Sequence record: OQ411014.1
Reading direction: 5' to 3' (one strand)
Source of the DNA: Escherichia phage EJP2
Length of the DNA: 64,000 bases
In this document: positions 17,180-27,756 of the stretch, in pieces
Layout of the letters: each line of letters begins with the position of its first letter
Numbering within the stretch: position 1 is the first letter of the stretch
Made by a program: the position numbers and the translations under genes
The notes under the pieces: model-generated
The model's database searches: none
What the model saw: only the letters and a program-made list of their open reading frames with translations
What the model was told of the DNA's origin: nothing

Positions 17180-17535
17180 CATATGATTTTTTCTTACATG
17201 CTTACAAAGGAAAAGGTATCTATCAGTACTATTGCAATGTCAATAAAAATGACATAAAATATAATCTGAACGAATTCATCTTTTACGTACAAGGTGTGTT
17301 TAAGTTTGTGGACTACAGTAAGGATATTCAACATGATAGAAGTGATATGTTAGATTATTCAGTACTGAATGAAGCTGAACTCTTCCAAGCAGAAGTAGCT
17401 TATAATTTGGAGTACATTCTTCCATTGCACGAAATTGCTGCTATCCAGAGAACAATAAAAGAGTTTGCCAGTACTGTAAATGTATCAGATGACACTAAAA
17501 AAGAGTACTATTTCAATATAGGAATTCCATCATGA
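17176..17535 (+). CDS. FQ-motif paralog, 120-aa subfamily copy 2
   Basis: Motif EAELFQAEVAYN; N-terminus MTYDFFLHA; ATGA overlap. Confidence 0.7.
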   Translation: MTYDFFLHAYKGKGIYQYYCNVNKNDIKYNLNEFIFYVQGVFKFVDYSKDIQHDRSDMLDYSVLNEAELFQAEVAYNLEYILPLHEIAAIQRTIKEFASTVNVSDDTKKEYYFNIGIPS

Positions 17536-17888
17536 CATATGATTTTTTCTTACACGCTCATAAACACAAAGGTTTTTATCAGTACTATTGTAATGTTCAT
17601 AAAAATGATACCATGCACAGTATGGACCATTATATCAATTACTCAGAAGGGAAGTTTCAATTTCTGGACTACGGTATTGTATCTAAACCATATCGTGATA
17701 TGATAGATTATTCAGTACTGACAGAGGCTGAACTATTCCAAGCAGAAGTAGCTTATAACAGTGAGTACATTCTTACGTTGGATGAAGTTGTTGCTATCCA
17801 GACTATAATGAAAGAATATGTCCAGAATGTACCTGATCCAGCGGAAACAAATGATCAGTACTTTTTCAATATAGGGAATCCAGAATGA
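17532..17888 (+). CDS. FQ-motif paralog, 120-aa subfamily copy 3
   Basis: Motif EAELFQAEVAYN; junction DNA identical to previous copy. Confidence 0.7.
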   Translation: MTYDFFLHAHKHKGFYQYYCNVHKNDTMHSMDHYINYSEGKFQFLDYGIVSKPYRDMIDYSVLTEAELFQAEVAYNSEYILTLDEVVAIQTIMKEYVQNVPDPAETNDQYFFNIGNPE

Positions 17889-18253
17889 CAGAGAATAGTT
17901 TTGATTTTTCATTGTTCGTATCAGTGTATGAAGAAATATATTGCAATCTCATCAAAGGTGATATTGAGCATAACAAGTCAACATTCATCAAGTACAAAAA
18001 ATCTACATCTACATCTGCATTTACATTTAGATTTGTAGATTACGATAATAATCAAAGAATGCAACCTATACAGGATTATACAGTACTGAATGAGGCTGAA
18101 AGATTTCAGGCAGCGTTGGTATATGAAGAAAAGTATCTCGTTACTATGGATGAAATGATTGCTATCCAACAAGAAATAAAAAATCACGTAAAAGAGTACG
18201 GTATGAGTTCAGTACTGGGTAAGAGATTACATTTCAATATAGATAAGGAATAA
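17885..18253 (+). CDS. FQ-motif paralog, 120-aa subfamily copy 4
   Basis: Motif EAERFQAALVY. Confidence 0.7.
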   Translation: MTENSFDFSLFVSVYEEIYCNLIKGDIEHNKSTFIKYKKSTSTSAFTFRFVDYDNNQRMQPIQDYTVLNEAERFQAALVYEEKYLVTMDEMIAIQQEIKNHVKEYGMSSVLGKRLHFNIDKE

Positions 18254-18256
18254 TAT

Positions 18257-18904
18257 ATGAAACAATTCAGTGCAGAAGAAGTAGGAGAAAGTGTAGCGTT
18301 CTTACTTTATGTTTTGCGTAATTTTGGGTTTCATAAGTTATTTGAATTTATTCCTGATGTTGTTGAACATGTTACATCTAAAATTCGAATTGTATATGAT
18401 TTTTCAGATACCTCTTGTATTGCAGTTAAATCAGCAGATTATAATTCTATCTTGGATGTGAATCGGATTGCATTACAAAATGGTGTAGTAGTACAGAGTG
18501 GTGATTATGTGAATGTATACTCAAGTTTTGGATACTTGTATAACATTTCTGGTGCAGGGCAGGATACGAATTGCAGAGTTAACGAACGTCAAGCTGCAAG
18601 ATATGCTCGGAATTTTGATTTGGATATTTCTTCCGAAGAAGATATGTTCCATTTAACTGTTGGCAATAGTAGCAATGAAACTATTAGGGGTGTAGAGATT
18701 TATCGCACCATAATGAACTCAAAGTTCAGTACTGATATGATTCGTGCTATGAGTGCTGATGATGTTAGTCGTATGCCTAAATCCAAAGAGTTAGCTGGTT
18801 CGTACTTCAGATTATATCATAGGAATTTCGAGACGTTTCTTAGTACTGATAACCATTACAACCTTATACTAAAGGGGATGACTTCAGATGAATTCAAAAT
18901 TTGA
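18257..18904 (+). CDS. FQ-motif paralog family protein (divergent)
   Basis: Motif SEEDMFHLTV. Confidence 0.6.
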   Translation: MKQFSAEEVGESVAFLLYVLRNFGFHKLFEFIPDVVEHVTSKIRIVYDFSDTSCIAVKSADYNSILDVNRIALQNGVVVQSGDYVNVYSSFGYLYNISGAGQDTNCRVNERQAARYARNFDLDISSEEDMFHLTVGNSSNETIRGVEIYRTIMNSKFSTDMIRAMSADDVSRMPKSKELAGSYFRLYHRNFETFLSTDNHYNLILKGMTSDEFKI

Positions 18905-19487
18905 TTCTTTCGGAGAAACTATAATTGATGCATTAGATACTGCTAGTCTTATTAATGCGTTATTCATTGATAAAGATGCAGTATCTGAAATTATAAAAAG
19001 TAATCCCAATTATAAAGTTTGCTGGAATAGTTCAATCCTGAATGAAGACAAAAGTGAAGGGGATACTATTTCATTGCGTCATTCTATGCGTCATTCAGAA
19101 TCCTTTGTGAGTGGGCGTGATTTATACCTCAATCCTTTTTATGATACGTTGATTGATTACTCTGGATTTGGTCAAGTAGGTGAATTTCCCATCCCTGAAG
19201 TACATACACTTACACCTGAACTATTCTTCCAGTACAGTACAATTTATACAGATATAAACATCAAAGCATTGACATATGCTTCAGTACTGCGAGAGATTGC
19301 AGCAGTGGACGTACCTGAAAGATATTGGTTACAAGGGGTATTGAACTGTACCGTAAGATTTGATAAACTACATAACTTATTGGTGTATCTTCGTAATGAG
19401 AAGCACAGAGAAGTCAGACATATGAGAGGATTATTGTTATGCCCAGAGACAATACAGAAGATTGTATCTATAGCTCATTTAAACTAA
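18888..19487 (+). CDS. FQ-motif paralog family protein
   Basis: Motif TPELFFQYSTIY. Confidence 0.65.
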   Translation: MNSKFDSFGETIIDALDTASLINALFIDKDAVSEIIKSNPNYKVCWNSSILNEDKSEGDTISLRHSMRHSESFVSGRDLYLNPFYDTLIDYSGFGQVGEFPIPEVHTLTPELFFQYSTIYTDINIKALTYASVLREIAAVDVPERYWLQGVLNCTVRFDKLHNLLVYLRNEKHREVRHMRGLLLCPETIQKIVSIAHLN

Positions 19488-20032
19488 ATGAGAACGACAA
19501 GTACACTTTTGTACAGTATAGTACTGCTCTAATCAATGCAGTACTGAAGAATCGCAAACAAGAGTACTATCTAGATCCTTTGTGTTTGATTGAAGGTCGT
19601 GGGCCTAGACATGATAACTTAGGTTTCATGAACGCTGATAGTAATTATATTATCTACTTCGGTGATGAAGAAGAGTCCAGTACTTGCAATCACATTTCGG
19701 AGGAAAGAATCTTCAACATTTCGTACGACTTCTATGATGATGAGTACGAGTACAGTTCGAACATGGGTCGTGATAATCCAGAAGAACTTGCGTCATTGCA
19801 GTGTTACACATTTGACCGTACGAATTGTAGTGATGAATATATTTTTCAACAAAGTACTTTACATTGTACTCCGTTTATTGATACAATGCGTATTATGCGT
19901 GATTATGTTCCTACGGACATTATCAATAACAAATACGGGTGTGCTAGGATTTACATGAAGAACTTCGATAAGTTCGTGCATGAACATATACAGCACATGG
20001 ATGAATTAGTACAGAAACAGTACAAGGTGTAA
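19439..20032 (+). CDS. FQ-motif paralog family protein
   Basis: Motif SDEYIFQQSTL; start uncertain (49-nt overlap). Confidence 0.55.
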   Translation: MPRDNTEDCIYSSFKLNENDKYTFVQYSTALINAVLKNRKQEYYLDPLCLIEGRGPRHDNLGFMNADSNYIIYFGDEEESSTCNHISEERIFNISYDFYDDEYEYSSNMGRDNPEELASLQCYTFDRTNCSDEYIFQQSTLHCTPFIDTMRIMRDYVPTDIINNKYGCARIYMKNFDKFVHEHIQHMDELVQKQYKV

Positions 20033-20033
20033 T

Positions 20034-21248
20034 ATGAGTGAATCAACAGCTAATGAAAATATTCAGGAATTATTGAGTAATATCCCTCGACTAAAAGAAG
20101 AGATTCAACTCATTAAGGACTGTATTGTTCTTTATTCGACCGTGCTTACAGAGCATGAAAACTTGCTGTGCTTACCATTTGATACTCCTTACATTACTCT
20201 AAATGAGTACATTCTGGAATTAGGGTTTAGTAATTCATTCTTACGTATAAAGGAATGTGACTTCTCCCCGACTAATGCTGCGTATTGCAGTTCTGAAATG
20301 GGTAAAGGTGAAGAAACATACATTATGTTGTGTGACGAAAGTGCATGTACTGAAAAAGTACTCTACACTACTCACCAATCAAGTTCACTCACAGCTACAC
20401 ATGAATTATCTCGATACGATTTCAGTACTGAAGCATCTCTAGAACACGCTGTATTCGATTCTATGCTACGTTTTGAATCACCCATAACAGTGTATACTAA
20501 CTTAGTTTATGCTGCTGTACGTGACGTTCTGGAGCATTCTAACCTATTTGCAGTGATTACTTCGGACGTTGGTTCGTTGTTCAGTACTGATAACTTACCG
20601 GAAATGCAGTTAGTCCAGGGTGAGATTGAAAAGATATCCAGACAAGTCAAAGCAGAGAATGTAACGTTCACAAGGGCGTGCAAGAATCGTGAAAAGTTAT
20701 ATCCGTTGATTGATAAAATTAGTCATCTCTATCATAATGAAGACGAAGAGACTGAACTCGAAACTATCAGAACTGAGTTGTACTTGGGTCATAAATTGCA
20801 TACACATTTCAAAGTAAAAGATAATCTTCTTACCTTGAATATTTCTGTTGATGATACTGAAGTACTGAAATATGTACTAGAAGAGCGACCTTCTCTTACT
20901 ACTAATGGTAGTACTAACAAATTGATTTGTACTGATGGTGAGAATTTTAGTGTTCACTCGGAACGTTCTATGAGTAGGAATGTATTTGATTTTTCTTATA
21001 CACACGATGATAAAACGTTCAGTACTAAAAAGTACAATTTAGAACATTTCGATGAAGAGCATTACAGTACTTTAGAAGATGTACCAGAAATGGATCAGGT
21101 ATTGCGTGTTCAGAATGAGTTCAGTAAGAGACTCTTCATGAAGCGTGGATACATTATGGACTTGTGTTTCTATGAAGTTCCTGCTGATATTGGTCAGAAT
21201 ACATTCCGAGAGATTTGTATGCGACTACGAGATTCTTTGACAATTTAG
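20034..21248 (+). CDS. hypothetical protein, enlarged possible family member (404 aa)
   Basis: ORF track; divergent HAVFDSMLRF...LVYAAV segment. Confidence 0.6.
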   Translation: MSESTANENIQELLSNIPRLKEEIQLIKDCIVLYSTVLTEHENLLCLPFDTPYITLNEYILELGFSNSFLRIKECDFSPTNAAYCSSEMGKGEETYIMLCDESACTEKVLYTTHQSSSLTATHELSRYDFSTEASLEHAVFDSMLRFESPITVYTNLVYAAVRDVLEHSNLFAVITSDVGSLFSTDNLPEMQLVQGEIEKISRQVKAENVTFTRACKNREKLYPLIDKISHLYHNEDEETELETIRTELYLGHKLHTHFKVKDNLLTLNISVDDTEVLKYVLEERPSLTTNGSTNKLICTDGENFSVHSERSMSRNVFDFSYTHDDKTFSTKKYNLEHFDEEHYSTLEDVPEMDQVLRVQNEFSKRLFMKRGYIMDLCFYEVPADIGQNTFREICMRLRDSLTI

Positions 21249-21258
21249 TAAAATACTA

Positions 21259-21287
21259 TTGACGGGTGTTGTGCTTTCGGGTACAAT
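21259..21287 (+). promoter_or_regulatory. sigma70-like promoter with palindromic spacer (operator-like)
   Basis: -35 TTGACG, 17 nt, -10 TACAAT; inverted repeat CGGGTGTTGT..ACAATACCCG spans -35 to -10. Confidence 0.5.
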
Positions 21288-21320
21288 ACCCGTTATTCGT
21301 TTATAGAGAGGAATAAAATC

Positions 21321-21944
21321 GTGAGCAATAAAAACATCAAGGCGTTATTGAATCTGTTACACTTCGCTAAGAAATTAAACACACAAGGTAATGAAGGTGA
21401 TGTAGTAAAAGTTGATACTGATGGTTTAGTTTTGACGTTCCGTAATTCCAATGTTGGTCATGTTACACTATCACTGTTTAGTATTGGGCGGGATATTTCG
21501 TTTTCTAGTACTGTATTCAAGATGTCAGTACTGCAAGGTGCTATGATATATCGTTCCGATGCTATGTTTTCTGATACGGTTGCGTGGGTCACAATCGCTG
21601 ATGACCCTGTAACTAAAATCGGTCTAGATAATCACATTGCATCAGTTCCGGTTCCTACTATCCGTGATATCAATTCAGAAGATGATTTGGAAGTACTGAA
21701 GTTCAATCTGGACTTGACTAATGATAATGCCATTGACCCGGACTTGGTAGCACTCGTTGCTGCGATGAATTCGAATGAAAACTTCTATTCAGTTGGGTAT
21801 ACACTGTATTATCCTTTCAGTGAAAATATGAAGTACGAACAGTACTGGGATTGTGTAGTCAAACACGTCCAACAATACAGCGATGATTCATTAGCTAAAC
21901 GTATTCTAAATGAAGTACTAGGGAGTTATCCAAATGTTATGTAA
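21321..21944 (+). CDS. hypothetical protein (207 aa)
   Basis: GTG start after RBS AGAGGAAT; ORF track. Confidence 0.6.
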   Translation: MSNKNIKALLNLLHFAKKLNTQGNEGDVVKVDTDGLVLTFRNSNVGHVTLSLFSIGRDISFSSTVFKMSVLQGAMIYRSDAMFSDTVAWVTIADDPVTKIGLDNHIASVPVPTIRDINSEDDLEVLKFNLDLTNDNAIDPDLVALVAAMNSNENFYSVGYTLYYPFSENMKYEQYWDCVVKHVQQYSDDSLAKRILNEVLGSYPNVM

Positions 21945-22521
21945 TAAGTTAGGGGTATTGATTGATATCCTACATCGTTCAATACTGAAGTCTAAGGGGT
22001 ATATAATCTTAGGACACTCTAAAGTACTGGATAAACGAATTGCTTTTCGTTATAGTAAAGTTCTAAATGACATAACTGTAGTGGCTGAAGATGTTGATCC
22101 AGATGATAGTTCTCTGGTACTGTCTAGGATTAAACTCATTGGTATTCCTATTGACAACAACACTGCTAGTTATCGTGGGATATATGCAACCGACCGCTTC
22201 ATCTCGTGGAGATCTCAAGAACAAAGTTGTGATGAATTCTACCACAGGAGTACTGATGAGTTCATGACTATGTATCCCAAGAGTGAAGTACTGAAGATTA
22301 TGACTGACACAGATTATGCGGAGTGTCATAAGTTCAGTGCTTTGTTGCAGATGGATGAACTCCTTTATATACAGCGTGTAGTACTGTCATGGTTAGGGTC
22401 TAAAGATAGAAACGAAGGATACGTCATCGCTGACAATTCCATTCTCAACGAAGATGTAGTTCAAGAGATAATTGGTCTATTTGATAAAGAACTGGAGAAG
22501 TACGATGAATATAACAAATGA
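21934..22521 (+). CDS. hypothetical protein (195 aa)
   Basis: ORF track; 11-nt overlap ATGTTATGTAA. Confidence 0.6.
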   Translation: MLCNKLGVLIDILHRSILKSKGYIILGHSKVLDKRIAFRYSKVLNDITVVAEDVDPDDSSLVLSRIKLIGIPIDNNTASYRGIYATDRFISWRSQEQSCDEFYHRSTDEFMTMYPKSEVLKIMTDTDYAECHKFSALLQMDELLYIQRVVLSWLGSKDRNEGYVIADNSILNEDVVQEIIGLFDKELEKYDEYNK

Positions 22522-23059
22522 AATCAAAGTACTGAAATTATTGGAGAAAGTACTGAAAAGTTCCAAGAGTACTGAAATTGAGTTCTGTACTTTTTCCAGG
22601 TCTTTTGTATGTCATGAACTCCCTGGTATGGAACTCCTGGTTACTAAAGGTTTAGTTCGTGTAGTACAAGATAAGATTACTGCGGTAGCTTGTATTGTGG
22701 AGAGTTCTTATTCCCCTCCTAGTACGATTGGTGATAACGGTACTTTTATTATTAGTTCAGCATACGAGAATGTACGAGATAATTCATTGAAGGATGTAGT
22801 TCTTCCCGCTTCTCTTGAAAATTTAGATTTCAATGCCGAAGAAGAACTACAAGGCGTATTCTTTCAGTACTGTACAGTAGTAGATGAAGTTACGGCACTG
22901 GGTGTTGTTGTACATAATTACTTCAAGCAGTATCATGTGTACAATCCTGATGAGTGTAATTGCTGTACTTATTCACGTTGGGTCACAAGAAATGATGGCT
23001 TTAGTGATGAGTTTGTGTTAGCATTACAGAAAATACAGGAGGAATTCTATGTTTGTTAG
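22505..23059 (+). CDS. FQ-motif paralog family protein
   Basis: Motif GVFFQYCTVVD; ATG 22505 preferred over 22472. Confidence 0.55.
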   Translation: MNITNEIKVLKLLEKVLKSSKSTEIEFCTFSRSFVCHELPGMELLVTKGLVRVVQDKITAVACIVESSYSPPSTIGDNGTFIISSAYENVRDNSLKDVVLPASLENLDFNAEEELQGVFFQYCTVVDEVTALGVVVHNYFKQYHVYNPDECNCCTYSRWVTRNDGFSDEFVLALQKIQEEFYVC

Positions 23060-23663
23060 AGATAATAGTCACAACATAGAAGAGGTTGAATTGCTGGATT
23101 TATTCGTAATGCTGGAAGCACTCTTCCAGTTCTGTGTAGATACATTACCATATAAACAGTCTTTGTCTCGACCAGTGATTTTTCCTTTAGGGCATTCTTA
23201 TAGTACTGAACTTGTGGTACAGGAGGAATTACTACGTCTTAGAGTAAGTGCTGGTTATGATGAAAGTGCTCTTACTATTATCATTACTCCTGATTACAGT
23301 GATAATGAAAGTCGTTGTGAGTTCGATTTCAATACTTCCAGATTTCGAATTCAGATGAGTGACAAGCACAGAACAGATTTGGCAGTACTAAGTATTGTTG
23401 ACCACACAGGAACTCGAAAAATTAGTAGGAATGTTGGTCTAACATGGGGTGAAGAAGAGTACTTTCAGAATATGCTTACACATGATTTCTTACATCCTCT
23501 TGATGTGATACAAGAAACCAATGCAGTATATAAGAACTTCAGTTCGCTTCCAAAAGGTCAGTCCTGTAAGGTTACTTTCATTGCTGGGGAACTATTTTCG
23601 AATCCTAAACTCTACAATGAACTACTTCGCAAACTACGTATCAGTATTGAACTATTCAAATAA
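23049..23663 (+). CDS. FQ-motif paralog family protein
   Basis: Motif GEEEYFQNMLTHD. Confidence 0.65.
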   Translation: MFVRDNSHNIEEVELLDLFVMLEALFQFCVDTLPYKQSLSRPVIFPLGHSYSTELVVQEELLRLRVSAGYDESALTIIITPDYSDNESRCEFDFNTSRFRIQMSDKHRTDLAVLSIVDHTGTRKISRNVGLTWGEEEYFQNMLTHDFLHPLDVIQETNAVYKNFSSLPKGQSCKVTFIAGELFSNPKLYNELLRKLRISIELFK

Positions 23664-23672
23664 GGGTATATA

Positions 23673-24299
23673 ATGTCTTATAGTAAGAATGTAGTATTTC
23701 AACGTTATGATATCATTAAAGAGATTTGTGATATCGCAGTGTACGTTCATGAGACGTACGTAAAGAGTTCTACTGTTTGTGGGTTGACACATATTCGTTT
23801 ACCATTGAATTCAATGAAAATTTTGTTCAGTGGTGGTCAAGGAAATGAAGATTACACCTTCCACATGGAGATTATCAGTACTGACAGTAATGAAAGTGTA
23901 AATCTTTCATTTGACAATATTGATTTGAGGGATGATAATACTCTTCCTATGTTTATGGAAATAGACACGACGAGTAACTCATTTAGTTTAGACTGTCGTG
24001 GTACTGCACAGATTATTCGTGTTCCAGTGCTGAAAGGTAATGACGATTATGATGTGATTGATATCCCTTATGCGATGGATGATATCAATACACTGGAGAG
24101 TGTTTTATTCCAGTACAGTACTTTGTATTCTAATGTCCCAGAAAGTACTGATTTCCTTCGGGCGTACACTTGTATGAAAGATATGGTACTCCAGAATAAC
24201 ATGCAATTTGGTAATATAACTAATACTACGAATGACAATAAGTATTTCAACGTAGAAAAACTGAAGAGTGCATATGAAGAACTACGAGCTATCCGCTAA
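23673..24299 (+). CDS. FQ-motif paralog family protein
   Basis: Motif LESVLFQYSTLY. Confidence 0.65.
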   Translation: MSYSKNVVFQRYDIIKEICDIAVYVHETYVKSSTVCGLTHIRLPLNSMKILFSGGQGNEDYTFHMEIISTDSNESVNLSFDNIDLRDDNTLPMFMEIDTTSNSFSLDCRGTAQIIRVPVLKGNDDYDVIDIPYAMDDINTLESVLFQYSTLYSNVPESTDFLRAYTCMKDMVLQNNMQFGNITNTTNDNKYFNVEKLKSAYEELRAIR

Positions 24300-24738
24300 G
24301 AAGTTTGCGAAGAAACTGTACGACATTTATGAAAGTACTAAGAACGTGCGAGAAGTAAAGTACGTACGTTCGTATTGTTTCCGGTATTACAAGGACGGTA
24401 CTATACTTGTGTATCGTAAAAATAGAAATGAAGTGTACGATCCAGTACTGCATTTTGTTCTTAGTGATCATACTAAGTACTTTCATTACTTCAAAAAGAA
24501 TGATGTAGTATATACTTTTGACAATCGTTTGGAGTTGGATTGTGACTTCTTTGATAATTTCACAGAAGAGAAGAAGTTTCAAATGTCTCTAATGTATACT
24601 GAACATGAAATGTTTTTGAAGTTCTTGGCTTATGAAATTCAAAATATCTTCAAAGATGCAGTAAAAGTTGTACGTATAAACTCAAGTGATATTAGATGTT
24701 ACACTCCAGTACTGAAAGCTGCTAAGGATATAAAATGA
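24268..24738 (+). CDS. FQ-motif paralog family protein
   Basis: Motif TEEKKFQMSLMY; start 24268 or 24274. Confidence 0.55.
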   Translation: MHMKNYELSAKKFAKKLYDIYESTKNVREVKYVRSYCFRYYKDGTILVYRKNRNEVYDPVLHFVLSDHTKYFHYFKKNDVVYTFDNRLELDCDFFDNFTEEKKFQMSLMYTEHEMFLKFLAYEIQNIFKDAVKVVRINSSDIRCYTPVLKAAKDIK

Positions 24739-25307
24739 AACGCTCAGGGTTATTCGAATTCATTCTAGATACTAAAAAGTACTTATCACTGTACAATCTA
24801 ATGGAGAGGATGAACAGGTACAATCTTGAATACACGTCATCACTCTTTGGTGAAATGCACGACACAGTACATAACATAAACTTCAGTACTAATGCTGTTT
24901 CTTTTACACTAGAAGAGTACGATACTAAGTTCATGTCTTATACACTAGATCGTACCAGTACTAAAGAATATCCATTTACTGGTAGGATTCATCCTTCGTA
25001 TATTAGTATGTACAAGTACATGAATTTCATTGACTGTACTCCGTGCTGGAACAACCCAGAAACGACTGAAGAAAAGAAAGCCCTTGACGAAGCATTCATC
25101 CAATTACCTGGTTTTAACTACGGTGATATCAGTGCTGAACTATTTCAGATAGCTATGCAACATGAAATTCTTTCTGAAAAAGAGTTGCAAGAGGTAGTGA
25201 ATCGTGTGTATAATCTACCTTATATGGGTAATACGATTTTGCACTTAACGAATAACATAAGTCAAATCGAACACACTGATTTAGACAAATTCCTACGAGG
25301 CTACTAA
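24735..25307 (+). CDS. FQ-motif paralog family protein
   Basis: Motif SAELFQIAMQHE; ATGA overlap. Confidence 0.65.
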   Translation: MKRSGLFEFILDTKKYLSLYNLMERMNRYNLEYTSSLFGEMHDTVHNINFSTNAVSFTLEEYDTKFMSYTLDRTSTKEYPFTGRIHPSYISMYKYMNFIDCTPCWNNPETTEEKKALDEAFIQLPGFNYGDISAELFQIAMQHEILSEKELQEVVNRVYNLPYMGNTILHLTNNISQIEHTDLDKFLRGY

Positions 25308-25958
25308 ATGTCATCTAAAGAAACAGTACCAGCTAAACTAAAAGACTTCTATGCAGTACTGAAGGCTATTCAGGATTACAGTACTGCAATGAATAAGTTC
25401 ATTGATAAAAACAAATCCAAATTCGAAATCTGTTTACCCAAGACTAAGGGTAAAATTTTGTTCGATTGTAATAATATCATGTTCAGGAATAAAGATAACT
25501 TCATGATCTTTCGTGTTTCTGATATGGTTGAGTTGGCTGGTGCATGGGGGACTTTGCAATTCGATTTGACTGGTGATTTCGAAGCATGTAGAGCTTGGGA
25601 TGAATACGTGATTTATCTCGACGAAGAGTGTTCTGTTGTTACTGACTACGATAGCAGTACTAAACTCTTACAGCTAAGTGCGTCCAACTCATATGGTGAT
25701 TCTCCTGACATTTCTTTGGAATGTGTAATCGAGTCCATTGAGGATGTTGAGAAATTCATCTTCCAACTGGAATTAGTATACGATGGTGAATTGTTACCAG
25801 TGCAGGACGTATATGCCGCCATCAAGGACGTACATGATTTCAAGAAATCAAAACTACCTAAGAATAGTGTATTACAGATTTATTCACAGTTAGATATGTC
25901 TTACATTCATGAAGCTATTGAGGTCTTAGAATGCATAAAACCAAACACCAAGCGGTAG
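25308..25958 (+). CDS. FQ-motif paralog family protein
   Basis: Motif VEKFIFQLELVYD. Confidence 0.65.
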   Translation: MSSKETVPAKLKDFYAVLKAIQDYSTAMNKFIDKNKSKFEICLPKTKGKILFDCNNIMFRNKDNFMIFRVSDMVELAGAWGTLQFDLTGDFEACRAWDEYVIYLDEECSVVTDYDSSTKLLQLSASNSYGDSPDISLECVIESIEDVEKFIFQLELVYDGELLPVQDVYAAIKDVHDFKKSKLPKNSVLQIYSQLDMSYIHEAIEVLECIKPNTKR

Positions 25959-26527
25959 ATTATACTCAAGTACTGAAAGAATACATCCCTAAGATGGTAG
26001 TACTGTATGAGCGTTTTGGTGCTAAGTATCCTCAAGGTACAAGCCTTGAAACACCCACTTCCGTTCACAATCCAAATGGTGAAAGAGTACGTTTACGTAT
26101 TCATACTGATGGTGTTAGTCTTATTACTGAATGTGATTCATACGGTATTATGTTGAAGGTTGGGGACAAGAAAGTACTGGATTATGATTATAATTCCAGA
26201 ATCTCCAAGAAGTTTATGTTCATTACTCCTATGAGTGAAACATGTGTACTCGACATTTGTGATTGGTCTTCTATTGGTTTTGTCATGGCTGGTGAGGGTT
26301 ACTACACACCAGAACGTCAGTACAGTGATTTTGATAGTTGTTACTTTCAAGAATCTTTATTGCACGACTGTTATGATTATGATACAGTACTGAAACAAGT
26401 TCAAACAGTGAAAGAATTGCACGCTGTGGTTGTGGGTACACAATATGAAATTGATGTTAGTTCGACTAATCTCAGTACTGAAAAATTACTCAAAGCCATG
26501 AAGATGGTTGATAAACTATTGGAGTGA
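25931..26527 (+). CDS. FQ-motif paralog family protein
   Basis: Motif DSCYFQESLLHD. Confidence 0.6.
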   Translation: MHKTKHQAVDYTQVLKEYIPKMVVLYERFGAKYPQGTSLETPTSVHNPNGERVRLRIHTDGVSLITECDSYGIMLKVGDKKVLDYDYNSRISKKFMFITPMSETCVLDICDWSSIGFVMAGEGYYTPERQYSDFDSCYFQESLLHDCYDYDTVLKQVQTVKELHAVVVGTQYEIDVSSTNLSTEKLLKAMKMVDKLLE

Positions 26528-26531
26528 AAGA

Positions 26532-27062
26532 ATGATTACCAAAGATACAGCATGGATGATTCGTGACATTTATCGTTACGCTAAACATATATTACAGACA
26601 CAAAATACCCCAAGCTGTTGTGATGGTATTGGAATTGATGGTGAATATCATAATGTATTTCGTTTACTCACATCCAAACATTTAGTTGATACGTATGAAA
26701 TAGCTATTCATGTTGGGTCTGTAAACCATTCTGGATTTATGGAGTTCGTTGATTATCGTACAACAACAAGACCAGATATGGTATTATGTAGTTATAATGA
26801 TGATTGGAAGAACATTCAGAAGCTATCTAACCCTCTAAAGGATTTGGATTTCTGTGCAGATTGGGAAGCGGCGAGTTTCCAGGCTGAATGTGTATGTGCT
26901 GATATGAACGAAACAGTACTGGACGCATTGATTATACATAGTTTTATCAAAGATTTATCAGAAGAGACTTATCGCTTTATTCTGGACACGACCGCTCTCT
27001 GTACTGACGGACGATTGGATGAAGCAAAAGTGAAGATAGTTCATTCATCTTTCTTTGATTAG
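26532..27062 (+). CDS. FQ-motif paralog family protein
   Basis: Motif EAASFQAECVC; ATG 26532 with RBS GGAG preferred over TTG 26508. Confidence 0.6.
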   Translation: MITKDTAWMIRDIYRYAKHILQTQNTPSCCDGIGIDGEYHNVFRLLTSKHLVDTYEIAIHVGSVNHSGFMEFVDYRTTTRPDMVLCSYNDDWKNIQKLSNPLKDLDFCADWEAASFQAECVCADMNETVLDALIIHSFIKDLSEETYRFILDTTALCTDGRLDEAKVKIVHSSFFD

Positions 27063-27065
27063 TAA

Positions 27066-27094
27066 TTGACAAGCATTGTATCTTCGGGTACAAT
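27066..27094 (+). promoter_or_regulatory. sigma70-like promoter with palindromic spacer (operator-like)
   Basis: -35 TTGACA, 17 nt, -10 TACAAT; perfect inverted repeat AAGCATTGTA..TACAATGCTT. Confidence 0.55.
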
Positions 27095-27117
27095 GCTTTT
27101 TTTATAGGAGAAATACT

Positions 27118-27756
27118 ATGATTTCGTATGAGTTTTTTGTAGGTGTTTCGAAGATTACTACTGAACTTCTAAATGTATATCGATACATGTTCGATAATAA
27201 TGATACGTTATTGTTTCAGGATTTTGACGCTGAGGATCATGATTCAGGATTTGTATTGGAGTTCTATCCACGACGCATATGCTTCTCGGATATTGTTGAA
27301 AGTTATAATACCTTACTGTCTATAACTCCATCAGAAAGTGCCCACGCGATATACAAAGGAACTATGTCCGATGAAAGGTCCATAATTACAGTTTCTGATG
27401 CAAGGTCGTGTGATTTTATACATTTATCCCACTACAGTGCTCTTACAAAAATCAATAAGAATACGCCTATTCCTTCTTTCAGTACTCCAAGTACAGCAGA
27501 AGAATTTGAGCAGACAGCGTTTCAGTTGATGATGTTATACGAAGAAGATGTAGTTGATTTATTTTTACTGAACAGTTATGTTGGGCCATTACTTGAAGGT
27601 ACTTCTATGAAATTCTTCAGTGCTACTAAGTTGTACTACCTTAGTCCAGTGGACTTGAATAACATGCTAGTGTTACTCCAAGAGCAATTCAAGAAAATAC
27701 TCCAATATAAAGAGGCGAAGAATGATTACTTACGACAAGTGCAAAGCTATCAGTGA
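27118..27756 (+). CDS. FQ-motif paralog, MISYEKC subfamily copy 1
   Basis: Motif EQTAFQLMMLYEED; ATG 27118 preferred over TTG 27076 which lies in the promoter. Confidence 0.65.
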   Translation: MISYEFFVGVSKITTELLNVYRYMFDNNDTLLFQDFDAEDHDSGFVLEFYPRRICFSDIVESYNTLLSITPSESAHAIYKGTMSDERSIITVSDARSCDFIHLSHYSALTKINKNTPIPSFSTPSTAEEFEQTAFQLMMLYEEDVVDLFLLNSYVGPLLEGTSMKFFSATKLYYLSPVDLNNMLVLLQEQFKKILQYKEAKNDYLRQVQSYQ

